Below are positions 1-11,809 of a stretch of DNA of 64,000 nt, piece after piece. Source of the stretch: Dictyostelium discoideum (lineage: Eukaryota); assembly GCA_000004695.1 (NCBI GenBank), contig CM000155.2:3200001-3264000 (forward strand), written 5' to 3'. The notes beneath the pieces were generated by a model that saw nothing but the letters and a program-made list of their open reading frames with translations, searched no databases and had not been told where the DNA came from. The translations under genes were made by a program, and so were the position numbers. Within the stretch, counting starts at the first letter, position 1, and each line of letters opens with the position of its first letter.

Positions 1-1616
1 CTTATTTGGTTAATAATGATTGGGATTTCGCAAAATCAATTAAAGTGTTTAGAGATGATTTAGATTGGGAATCTAATCAAAAATATAATTAAAAGAGAAA
101 AAGTGAGAGAAGAAATGTAAAGAAGTAAGATCAACTATTCCTTCTTTTCAATTCTTTTCTTCTTTTTCTTTTTTTTTTATTTTTTTTTTTTCTCCTATTT
201 TTATATTTAAAATAATTTTCAAATTCATTTTATTTTCTTTTTATTTTAATTTTTTTTCTATCAATTTTAATTAAAAGTATTTTACATATAGTATAATAAT
301 AATTATTTTTGAAAAAGAAATAAATTAAAATAAAAATTAAAAAAAAAAAAAGAACTGGAAAAAATATAAAAGAAAAAAAAAAATTTTATTAAACACTTTT
401 AAATCAAAACATAAAAATAATAATTAATAATAATAATAATAAATTACTGTAACAATAAAAAAAAAAAAAAAAATTCAAACAACAACACCAATAATATAAA
501 AAAAAAAAATAATAATAATAATAGTAATCATAAAAAAAAAAAAAAAAACGTCGAATTATCCCTATCACTCCCCCTCCATCTCCCCCTTTCTTTCAAAACT
601 GTTCAAACAAATATCGATATTAGATATATTTCTTCAGTCTAAAAAAAAACAAAAAAAAACAAAAAAAAAAACAAAAAAAATAACAATTCTTGGGTATTTT
701 TATTTTTTTTTTTTTCTGGAATAACTTGTTCAATATTAAATATTTTACAACTAGTATTATATCAATTGATAATAGATATTCATCTTTTTAAATTTAATTT
801 TAAAATAATAAAAAAAAAAAAAAAAAAGGCTTGGTTTTCACTTACAAAAAAAAAAAATTTACAATATCTTTCTTTTATTTTTGTGTTTTTATTTTGGTGT
901 ATGAAAAAAAAAAAAAGTTTTGTTTCAACCCCATTTCCATTTTTTTTATTTTTTTTTAATAAAAAATTTTTTAAAAAATTATTTTTTATTTTATATATTA
1001 TTTTTTTAGTTTTACTTGAAATATCCTGGATAAAAAAATAAAAAAAAAACAAACAAATTGTAAAATAGATTAAATTAATTAAAAAAAAATTATTATTGGA
1101 TTTTCTTTTATGTCATAAAATTAAAATACCTATTCCAATAAATATTTTTTTTTAATTGTAAAATTACCATCTGCGATTTAATTATGGATAATGGTCCATT
1201 TTTATGTTTATATAAATAAAATATAATTAATTAATATCAAATTCTTTATTTAATTTTTGAAAAATCCTTTTAAAAAAAAAAAAAAAAAAAAAACTATTAT
1301 TAATTACCAAGATATTAAGCATCGTAATCAATTTTAAATTTGGCCTTTTTTTTTTAATTTTTTTTTTTTTTTTTTTTTCCATCAATCCAAAACCATCAAA
1401 AAATAATGATTTAATATAAAAAATTTAATAATGATAAAATTAAATAAATCATTTTTTTTTAAGACGTAATTGTTTTGTGTTAATATTTAAATATTTCTTT
1501 TTTTTTTTTTTTTATTTTTTTATTTTTTTTTTGGGTTTAAAAAATAATTATGAAAATGGGTGAAGTCCGGACTATATTCGTTTTTTTTTCATAATCGCAA
1601 CATAATAAAATTTTTT

Positions 1617-1648
<32 letters not shown>

Positions 1649-1684
1649 TTTTCCACCAGCCCAAATTTTTTTTTTTTTTTATAA

Positions 1685-1725
<41 letters not shown>

Positions 1726-1770
1726 TGTGTTCTATTACATAATCAAATATATATATAAATAATTATAAAA

Positions 1771-3360
1771 ATGGCCGGTGATTTAACTCCTTCATTATTT
1801 TTGAAATATGGTTTTGGTGGTGCTTTGGTATGTTTAATATATTATTAAAAAAAAAACACAAAAAAAAAAAAAAAAACACAAAAAAAAAATGTTGAAAATC
1901 TTACACCACACACAAAATGATCGTTTTTTTTTTTTTAAATTAAATTTTATTTCATATAATTAATCAAAAATTATTTAAAACAAAAAAAAAAAAAAAAAAA
2001 AAAAATATCATTTATTTCTTTGAATAAATTAATTTAATTTAAATAATAATAATAATAATAATAAATAGAGTTGTTCAATTACTCACAGTCTTGTAGTCCC
2101 ACTTGATGTCGTTAAGACTCTCCTCCAAACCAACCCAGGTAATTATTAATATAATTGACAATCACAATCACAATCAATATATATTATATAATAAGAATTC
2201 ATAATATTAATAAATAAAAAAAAAAAAAAAAAAAAAAAATAATTAAAAATAAAGGTAAATACACTGGTATGATGAACGGTTTCAGCACCGTCATTAAGGA
2301 ACAAGGTCCATCTGGTTTATTACAAGGTTTAGGACCAACTGCTGTTGGTTATGCCTTACAAGGTTTCTTAAAATTCGGTTTCTATGAAGTCTTCAAAAAG
2401 ACCTACGCTGATGCTGTTGGTGAAAAAGCCGATCAATTCAGAATCCCAATTTGGTTAGCTGCCTCAGCCACTGCTGAAGTTATTGCTGATATTGCTTTAT
2501 GCCCAAATGAAGCCGTTCGTATTCGTTTAGTTGCTGAACCAACTTTCGCTAAATCACCAGTTGAAGCTTTCGGTAAAATCTTCAAACAAGAAGGTGTCCT
2601 CGGTTTCTACAAAGGTCTCCCACCAATTTTATTAAAAGTAAGTAGTTTTGTATTTAATTTATCAATAAATAAATAAATATACATATACTAATATACACTT
2701 TTTATTTTTATTATTATTATTTTTATTATTATTATTATTTAAATTGGTAATTACAGCAAGGTATGTGAAATTTTTAAAAGATAAATTGTAATTTTTTATA
2801 AATATATATGTAGGTATTTTACTAACAACAACAATTATCCCATTTTATCAATTCAAATTTGAACAAATTTAAAATTATAAATAGTCCCATACACTATGGC
2901 TAAAGTAAGTTGGATAAAATATAATATTAGAATATTTAAAATAATAGTAATCATATTAATATTAATAATAATAATAATATTTTTAAAATTATTTTAGTTC
3001 GCTGTTTTCGAATTTACTGCTGAAAACGTTTACAAAGGTTTAGCCGCCAGTGGTAAACCAAAGGAATCATTAACTGATGGTCAAAAACTCTCTGTTTCAT
3101 TAGGTTCAGGTATTGTTGCAGGTATTGTTGCTGCTATTGTCTCTCAACCAGCTGATACCATTTTATCAAAGATCAATCAAGAAAAGACTGATGGTGGTGT
3201 TGTTAAAGCAATCGGTAACATCATGAGACGTTTAGGTGTTCGTGGTTTATTCTTAGGTCTCCCAACCAGATGTTTCATGGTTGGTACTCTTACTGCCGGT
3301 CAATTCTTCATTTATGATGGTATTAAACAAATGTTAGGTCTCACCCCAGCAAAGAAATAA
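1771..3360 (+). CDS. Mitochondrial phosphate carrier (SLC25A3/Mir1-like mitochondrial carrier family), 6 exons including a 4-nt micro-exon
   Basis: Exons approx 1771..1827, 2069..2138, 2255..2637, 2757..2760, 2885..2904, 2998..3360, with GTATGT/GTAATT/GTAAGT donors and AG acceptors. Spliced product: MAGDLTPSLFLKYGFGGAL|SCSITHSLVVPLDVVKTLLQTNPG|KYTGMMNGFSTVIKEQGPSGLLQGLGPTAVGYALQGFLKFGFYEVFK...GFYKGLPPILLK|Q|VPYTMAK|FAVFEFTAENVYKGL...IYDGIKQMLGLTPAKK*. The KQVPYTMAKF segment matches the phosphate-carrier consensus RQIPYTMMKF. Three carrier repeats are present. Confidence 0.8.
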
Positions 3361-3790
3361 ACAATTTTTAAAAAATAAATAATTATTTCCTTTTTTCAGT
3401 ATTAATAATAATAATAATATAATAATAATAATAATAATAATTTATTTGTTTTCTTTTTTTTTTTTTTTTTTTTAATTGTATATTAATTCTAAGTTTTAAT
3501 AGATATATTAGTTTTAATATATCTCCAATAATTACTCCAACTATCGATAAATCCAATTAAAAAAAAAAAAAAAACAAAGATGATACTCCCAACAATCCAT
3601 TTTGTATTATTTTATTATTGGAAATTGATTGATTTTATTTGGTGATGTAAAAATAATTTGAAGTACAATACCTGATAATAATGGTTCATCTGATTCTTCT
3701 TTAATTATTTGTCCTGTGAATGTTAAACATTATTTATTATAGACAAAGAGGTTTTCTGCATTAACAGTAACTGGAATTAGAACGATAGGA

Positions 3791-3866
3791 GTTATCACAA
3801 CAACGAAAGATTTTTACACTAACTTAGATCTAAGTTAGTGTAAAAATCGTTCGTTGTTGTGATAAC
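3791..3866. repeat. 76-bp near-perfect palindrome (38-bp arms, 1 mismatch, centred on AGATCT), followed by a GC-richer tail to about 4030 with CCAATGG/CAGTGGCAA motifs
   Basis: gttatcacaacaacgaaagatttttacactaacttaga|tctaagttagtgtaaaaatcgttcgttgttgtgataac, read directly from the sequence. The local composition is far less AT-rich than the flanks. Confidence 0.85.
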
Positions 3867-4160
3867 CCGATTCACTAGCATGGTTCCAATGGTAGTACTA
3901 GCATGGGTTCAGTGGCAATAACTTGGATCCAATGGCAACTCAAACAAGAATCCCATAACAGCACTAACTTTAATATAATGGCAGCACTGACTAACTCGGA
4001 TCTAAATAGGGTAATACCACTGCTATAAAAGACTAATTAAGTTTATTCAAATGGTTTAATCAAATTTTTTACATTAAATTTTTCTTTTGTTTAATCCATA
4101 TGCTTAGTTTAATTGACTTCCTTCCAAAAAAAAAAAAATAGAATAAACATTCCACCATAT

Positions 4161-6066
4161 TTACCGACCATATTGTAATAGGTCACAGAGGTAGCTAAAT
4201 TCCAACCATAGGAAGATGTGAAAACTTCTTGTTTTGAAACCGGTTAAAGCTTTTGGAGGATGAGAGTTACAGTTATCGATTTCTGCCATAATATAGGTTC
4301 CAGTACTATCAGTATAAGAGTAGTCATCACTTGAAACTGGTGCATAGTAACCAGCTGGTGTAAAGTAAATTTGATAATTAGTTGGTAATAACATTTGAAT
4401 TATTGCAGTTTGGTAAGCTAAAGAAGCTATGGTAGAAATTTTTTGAAAGTCTAATCCATTGATATTGAGTGAGGATGGATTATTGGTTGGTAAGAAACAT
4501 AATGCAAAGGTTTTACTCATCATACCCCAATCTTGTAAAATGGTATTTTTAATTCTTTGAGCATTTGCCATTTCATTTTCATAATTTTCATTTAAATGAT
4601 CATAGAGTTTACTTAATGTAACTTGATAGGTTGATGGGCCTGAATCATTACTTTCAGCATATAATTCACCAAATTGTACTGCTGACTCACTAATGTTTGC
4701 AATTATTGAACCACCAATTGGTATCTCTGAAATAATTGCATAAAAAACACTGGTAATTGCATCGGTGTAATCTCCATTAACAACTTGGTCAGATGACATA
4801 TCAACATTGATTAAATTTGCCAAGTTTGTTAAATTTGTACTACCTTGACTAAATAATTTACTATAAAAACCAGAATAGTTATCAAATACTAAACGGACAT
4901 TGATTGCGTAGGTGAGTTCATTTTTGATTTGATTTTGAACATATGAAAAATCTTCAGTTGAATGAATTGATGATGGACAAGTTGCATTGGTGACATTAAC
5001 ATAGAAAATTTCTAAATTAACATTAATACTTGTATAAAGTGATCTAATGTCATCAGTATAACCATTTGTTGCATCATCACTAAGGTATTGATATGATGCT
5101 AATAAATCACCACTTGTGTAAGCTGGAAATGGTTCTGGTACTTCACTAACAATTTGGTTTAATGAATAGGTTGGATTTGCAATCCATTGGAAATTAATAT
5201 CACTAGCACTACTTGGTTGAGCTAATACACAATTAACAGTTGAATCAACTCCAAGTTCACCAACGAATCCAATACATAAATTTGGATAATATTGATTGAA
5301 TATTTGATTATTTTCGTTGATACCCCATTGTTGCATTAGATCATTTGCTTTGTAAACATTGGTATTTAAATGATAGTTTGTTTTACTACCATCAATTGAT
5401 GGACCAATATCTAATACTAAATTACCATCCAAACGTGATAAAATGTGACCATCGTTTGTCATTTGCCAAATTTGACCTATTGATTTTGCTTGAACTTTAT
5501 TCATTACTACACTAGTATTATATGATGTACTATTATTTAATACACTTAGACCCCAATAATTATTATTGGAATCCAATTGTTTGCTTTGAAAGTAACCCCA
5601 ATTACCAGTTGGAATTGGTGCTCTTCTAAAAGTTGTCCATTTTTGAGTTGCGTTTCCATTTAAAGGTGCAACACAAATATTCAAACTGTCGATATCAAGG
5701 TATTTACCATTACCTTGGTTGAATTTTATTATTTGTAGTATCAATTGTCCAAATTTGAGTTTTTGAATTTGAATTAAGTTGTACTAATTCAACAAAATAA
5801 CCACCTGATGAAACATCTAAAACAAAATTACCACTGGATGTAAAGATATGACCATCATCAGAAAGAAGCCATGTTTGAATTGACTCAGATGCTACACATT
5901 GGAATGTATTACTGGTTGATAAATAATATGGTGTAATATTATTTGAACCTTTGAATAAACTTTTTGCTACGAATGAGTATTTTGGTTTTGAACTTGTACT
6001 TGTACTTTTTAATTGTTTTTCTTCACTTTGATTTGAAGATTTTGAAATATCTTCAATATTTATCAT
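4161..6066 (-). CDS. Ricin-B (beta-trefoil, QxW repeat) lectin-domain protein with a long C-terminal domain. The reading frame is interrupted near 5710-5745, so this may be a frameshifted gene or pseudogene
   Basis: Two overlapping minus-strand ORFs (5710..6066 and 4161..5744). Repeated QxW motifs ([37 protein letters not shown]) and DGHIxxxxGNxVLD repeats typical of ricin-B domains. The overall architecture resembles the Dictyostelium Cup (calcium up-regulated) lectin family; that link is recalled from memory, not verified. Confidence 0.6.
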
Positions 6067-7129
6067 TTTTTTATTTTTAATTTTTTTATTTTATTTATTT
6101 AAATTTTTTGTTTTAAAAGTTATTTAATTTATTTTTGAGAATGAAAAAAAAAAAAAAAAGTTTTAAAGTATTTATATTTTTTTTTTTTAAGTCTATTATT
6201 TTTATTTATTTTTTTTTTTAACCCATGGTTTAGATCTTTGTTCAAGTCAACACCAACACAGGTGTCAAAATGGAGTGTTATCTTTCACTCATTGCATTTT
6301 TTAGGGTTTGTGTTTTAATTGGTGAAAGTGTTAATCTTTAAAATAAAAAAAAAAAAAAAAGAAAAAAAAATTTAAAAAACTGATTATCGAAAAAAATAAA
6401 AATATCTTCAAAACACCAAAAAAAAAAAAAAAAAATATATAATTTATTTGATAATAGATTTAAAATAATAAATAATTAAAATAAAATTTTAATATATTTT
6501 AGTTGAAAATAATTAGAGTATCACAAAGATTTTTTTTTTTATTTTTTAAATATTGGTTCATTTGAAAAAGGATTAATACAAATTAAATTTTTGATGACTT
6601 TCTCTTAAATTTTTGAAAAAAAAAAAAAAAAAAAAAAAAAATTTATTTATAGTTTATTTATTATTTTTTTTTAAAAAAAATTAAATATAAATGATTTGCA
6701 ACACTTTTATATTAGATATAAACTTAAGTTTTTTATTATTATTATTTTTTTTTAACACTTTTCAATCCTTTTTTTTTTTAATTTCCTTTTTTTTTTTTTT
6801 TTTTTTTTTCCAAAATTCAAAAATTCAAACCCTAGGTATAATTATTTGTTATATAATTATTAAAAATATTTTTATAAAATATATATTTTTAATAATTATA
6901 TAACAAATAATTAGATTAATTTTAGTTCAAACGATGAATCAACAATACTTCAAAAAGAATTAAATTACCAGATTATTTTTGATTGAAATTTATAAATCCT
7001 TTTTTGAAGTGTTTAGTGTTTGGAATATAAACAATCAAATAAAGATTTATAATTTGAATATTCAATTATTTGTTAATTTAATTCTTTTTTTGAAATATTG
7101 TTGAGTCATCATTTCATCACCTCTACTAA

Positions 7130-7163
<34 letters not shown>

Positions 7164-7646
7164 AATAATATATAGTAATAGTTCAACCTCTATCAGCTAC
7201 TAAGGTAATCTTTTCGATTCATCTCAACCAACAACACAATCAATCATCCAAACGTCTTCTTCACTGATAAACTTTGTGTACCTGGTTTATGATTAGGCCA
7301 AACTCAACAACTCACTTCAAATAATCAATAATATTGATACTGGTGCTAACATGATTCATTAGTAGAATGCAATGTTGTGGGTTTCAATGTTCATCATGGC
7401 AGTGGAACTTTACAAACCCATATTCATTTAAATCATTTTTAAAAAAAATATAAAAAATAAATAATAAATAATAACTCACCTATTTACTACTAGTTTATTA
7501 TTGAGAAAAAATATAAAAAAAGGAAATTATATTATAATTACAAATAATTACGATAAATATTTAAATACTAAAAATAATTTTTGATTAAAAATAAAAAAAA
7601 AAAAAAAAAAACAAAAGGTAATTTCGATTTTATTGGACATATCAGT

Positions 7647-8091
7647 GGATAATTGAATTAATTATAATTAACTCAGAATATTTTAAAAAAGATCGAGTTA
7701 TCCCGGAATTTTTTTTTTTATTTTCTTTATTTCTCTATTCCGTTAAGACCTATCGTAGAATTAAATTTGGTTGTATTTATAGAGAAATAAAGAAAATATA
7801 AAAAAAAATGAACTTCGAAAAAAAAAAAGGAACTTCAAAAAAAAAAAACTACATATAAAAAATAAATGTATTTGAGACCCGGTATTTTTGATTTTTTTTT
7901 GTCAATCATACTATTTATTTTATTTATTTATTTATTATATTTTTTATTTTAATTGTGAATAAATGAAAAAAATTAAAAAAAAAAAAATAATATGGCCAAT
8001 GAAAAATTTTTCCCGAAAAAATTGATCTTTTCCGGGATAACTCGATCTTTTTCAAAATAACTTTTTTTGTTCAGAATTAATTCAATTATTC
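7647..8091. mobile_element. ~445-bp foldback/MITE-like element bounded by ~60-bp terminal inverted repeats with internal subterminal hairpins
   Basis: Left end ggataattgaattaatt...gatcgagttatcccgg (7647..7706) and right end ccgggataactcgatc...aattaattcaattattc (8032..8091) are reverse complements: a 16-bp block and a 17-bp block are perfect. Internal hairpin ttttctttatttctctat/atagagaaataaagaaaa (7724..7800). No ORF inside. Confidence 0.5.
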
Positions 8092-8861
8092 ACAGAAAGG
8101 TCCTTTACCAATAATTTTTATTCTTTTTATTTAAATATTTTAATGGTGGATGTTGTGGCTCAAATACAAATATAATTAAACTTGACATCAAAATTAGTCG
8201 TCTTCATCATCATATATGTTGTTAATTTACTCAAATCAAGAAATAAAATAATTATTTTTTATTATTTTTATTTTAAAGATATTAATCAATATTTAATTTC
8301 TTTTTTTATTTGGGTTTTTTTTTTACTTTTTATTTTATTTTATTTATTTTTTAAAGATCTAATTTTTTTTTTTTTTTTTTTTTTCGTTAACGAATAATCA
8401 AAAAAAAAAAAAAAATTAATTTATTATAAAATAAAAATAAAAAAATTAAAAAAATATAAATTTCCATCATTAAAAAACAAAATCTGTGTTTAAATTAATT
8501 TTAAAAATTTTATTTTTTTTTTTAATAAAATTAAATAACTATAAATATAAAATTTTTAATTCAAATTTTCACAAAAAAAAAAAAAAATAATAAATAAATA
8601 TATAATAATCAAATAAATAAAATGACAGAAGTAAGGAAATATCTTGTTAGAAAGGTACCTACAAACAAATCTATTCAGACAAGACAAATGCCAGATAGTG
8701 ATTACAGTTCTCCAGCATTTTATTTATCAGAGGGTTACCCATGTAAAGAGTGGCTTAGAGATAGATTCTACACAGTATTAGTTATAGAATTAAGAGGATT
8801 GAATTATCAAAGAACTCATTTGTCAAAATTCGCAAAAGAGTGTTTGTTAACAAGCAATCAA

Positions 8862-9118
8862 CGATGCATATGAACTACACCCAATCCCAGCATTAGCACC
8901 ATTCATACAGAACTGCATCTGGTTCAGCTCTGAGTTCTATGAAGTTTAATGGGTAAAGACTATCTTCAGTAACTAATTTAACGACGTGAAGTTTTAAAAA
9001 ATTTGGACGATGTATACGAACTACACCCAATCATGTCATTAAATTAATTACTTAAGAGAGTCTTTACCCATTTAACTTCATTAAACTCAGAGCTGAACCA
9101 GATGCAGCACCAGCTGTA
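8862..9118. repeat. Compound repeat: a 25-bp direct repeat (8862..8886 and 9019..9043), each followed by the same ~50-bp segment in opposite orientation (8911..8961 vs 9070..9118)
   Basis: cgatgcatatgaactacacccaatc / cgatgtatacgaactacacccaatc. gaactgcatctggttcagctctgag...tttaatgggtaaagact versus its reverse complement agtctttacccatttaac...ctcagagctgaaccagatgcag. The surrounding 8620..9213 is GC-richer than normal for this genome. Confidence 0.7.
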
Positions 9119-9378
9119 GAACCAGCTGAAGATGACGGTGGTGCCATCAACGAAGCAGATGACTTTAATGAAGATGATGGTGCCAAAGACATCATCGAAC
9201 AACTTCACAATTAAATACAATAAATAAAAAGTTTGTCTTCAAGAAATTAAATTTTTAAATTTTTAATTCTTTATTTTTGTTTTTTTTTTTTTTTAAAAAA
9301 TTAAATCATTTAAAATTAAAAGAAAAAAAAAATTGATTATTAAACAATTATATGTTTGTTTTTTATTTTTTATTTTTT

Positions 9379-10400
9379 TTATTTTACATTATTAACTAAA
9401 GAACCTAATTCTTCAATTTCACATTTGATAACATCACCACTCTTTAAAAAGATTGGATTAGGTTTTCTAATGAAACCAACACCTGAAGGGGTACCAGTGA
9501 AAATGATATCACCAGGATTTAAAGTGAATAATTTTGAAAGATAAGAAACTACAGTTTGAATATTGAAAATGAATTCTTTGGTTGTAGAATTTTGAACTAC
9601 TTGACCATTGAGAGTACATTTGATTGAGAGATTATTCGGGTCGAAATAAGTATCATCAGATAATGCAGCGACTTCAGGATTGATAACTATTGATGGACCA
9701 ATTGGGGCGAATGTATCAAAAGTCTTACCAAGTAACCATTGTGAGTTATTCTTACGTAGTTGCCAATCTCTAGCGGATACATCATTACCAACGGTATAGC
9801 CTGCAACATATTGTAATGCATCAGATTCTGATACGTTCTTTGCTTGTTTACCAATCACCACCACTAATTCAACCTCATAGTCTACTTCATCACTTTCGAC
9901 TGGTTTAATGATTGAGTCGTTTGGACCACAAATTGCATTGTCAAACTTTGAGAATACAATTGGTTCTTTCGGAATTGCCATCTTTGCTTCATTTGCATGC
10001 TCTTTATAATTTAAACCAATACAAATAATCTTACCTGGTTCAATTGGTGCTTTAATTTTACAATTTTCAATTGGTATTCTTCTATTATTAATATTATTAA
10101 TTACCTAAATAATAAAAATAATAATAATAATTATAAATGTTAATAAAATAAAATAAAAAATAAAAAAAAAAAAAGAAAAGAATTAATAATTTTGACATAG
10201 GTTCATACATTTATAACTTTTGACCATTTATCAGTTGAATTTAAAGATAAAAATGAACGCATATCATTTGGTATGCTTTTATCAGCTGAACATAAATCTA
10301 TAATACTATTTTCTAATAATGCACCTAACCTTTTACTTTGTTCACCAACATTTGGTATATAAGTGACTAATTTAATTAATCCAAAATTTGCTCTATTCAT
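9379..10400 (-). CDS. Fumarylacetoacetate hydrolase (FAH) domain protein, FAHD1/2-like, 2 exons
   Basis: Exons approx 10400..10209 and 10104..9379 (donor GTATGA, acceptor TTTAG). Product MNRANFGLIKLVTYIPNVGEQSKRLG...KWSKVIN|VINNINNRRIPIENCKIKAPIEPGKIICIGLNYKEHANEAKMAIPKEPIVFSKF...GTPSGVGFIRKPNPIFLKSGDVIKCEIEELG. The KIICIGLNYKEHA segment matches the FAHD consensus KIVCVGRNYADHA. Confidence 0.8.
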
Positions 10401-10634
10401 TTTTATATGTTATTACAATTAAATATATATATATATATATAAAATGATTTTTATGTTTTATTTAAAGTTGGAATAAATATGTTTTTGCAAAAAAAAAAAA
10501 AATAAAAATAAAAATTAAAAAATAATTGATATTTGAGAATAGGTTTGTGTGTGAAAGTGTGTGTGAAAGTGTGGTGTTTTTACTTTTTTTTTTTTTTTTT
10601 TTGGTTTATCTAAACAATATTAAATGTAACTGAA

Positions 10635-10668
<34 letters not shown>

Positions 10669-11809
10669 GCCAATTTTATTTATTTTGGTAAAGAGTGTTT
10701 TAATGATTTTTTTTTTTTTAAAAAAAAAAATAATTTGTTTTTTAATTTTTTTTTTTATAAATTATAAAAATTATTTTTTTTTATTTTTTTTTTTAAATTA
10801 AATAGATGCCTAGTTGACAGATAATTTTTTTTTTTTTTTTTTTTTAAATTTTAATTTAAAATTTTTTTTTTTTTAATTAAATTAGATCTTTGTTAAAACA
10901 AATCTTTATTAAGACGTTTTATTAATGTTTTTACTAATTTGAGTTGAGGAAAAAAATATCAGAATAGATTTTTTTTTTTTTTCTTTATTTTTTTTTTTAA
11001 TTCTAATCTTTATTTTTTTATTTTTTTTTTTTTTTTCAATTCTAATCTTTATTATTTTTTTTTTTTTTTAAGATTTTAAAAACAATAATTAAAAAAAAAA
11101 AAATTATTTGTACCTTTTTTATAAATATTTTTTTTTATTATTTAAAATTATTTAAGAGGTCAAAAAAAAAAACAAATTATTTGAACAAAAAAATTTTAAA
11201 TAAATTAAATTATATATTTACTATAAAATGGTTTATAATAATAATAAAAAAATGAATAGATTTATTTATTTATTTATTTTTTTTTCTAACAGAGTAATAA
11301 ATCTTAGTGTTAAATATATTTTTTTTTTTTTTGGAAAAAGTTCTTTATCTATGATAAAATCAAAGCCAAATCAACACTGTTTTGTATATATTTTTTTTAT
11401 TTGAAAATATAAAAAAAAAATATTACACAACATTTTGAAAAAAATATATATTTACATACACCCCCCTCACATATATAATTTTAAAAAAAACATTTCCGTG
11501 CGAAAAAAAAAAAAAGAAATAAAAAATAAATAAATATAAAAAAATAAGATATTTATTATAATAATCTAAATTATAGGTTATAATAATAGGTATTTTAATT
11601 TATTTCATATGAAAAAGTTACATTATTTATTTATTTATTTTTTAATTTCCTTTTTTCATTATTAGTATTACTATTATTACTATTATTTATTATTTCTTTT
11701 TTTTTATTTTTTATTTTTATTAATTATAATTTTTTTTTTTTTTTTCTTTTTTTTCTTTTTTTTCCAAAAATAATATAAAAAAGAAATATTATCATTATTA
11801 TTTGAAAAA

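Noticed and set aside
766-1742. ORFs 766..1041, 780..1052 and 1560..1742 encoding K/F/I-rich peptides
   Set aside because: They are translations of poly(A)/poly(T) and A/T microsatellite DNA in an intergenic region. There is no complexity and no start context, and alternative-start codons were counted.
8622-8873. ORF 8622..8873 as a confident protein-coding gene
   Set aside because: Composition and codon usage are atypical for this genome, and the ORF sits inside an inverted/direct-repeat structure. It is kept only as an unexplained segment, not called as a CDS.
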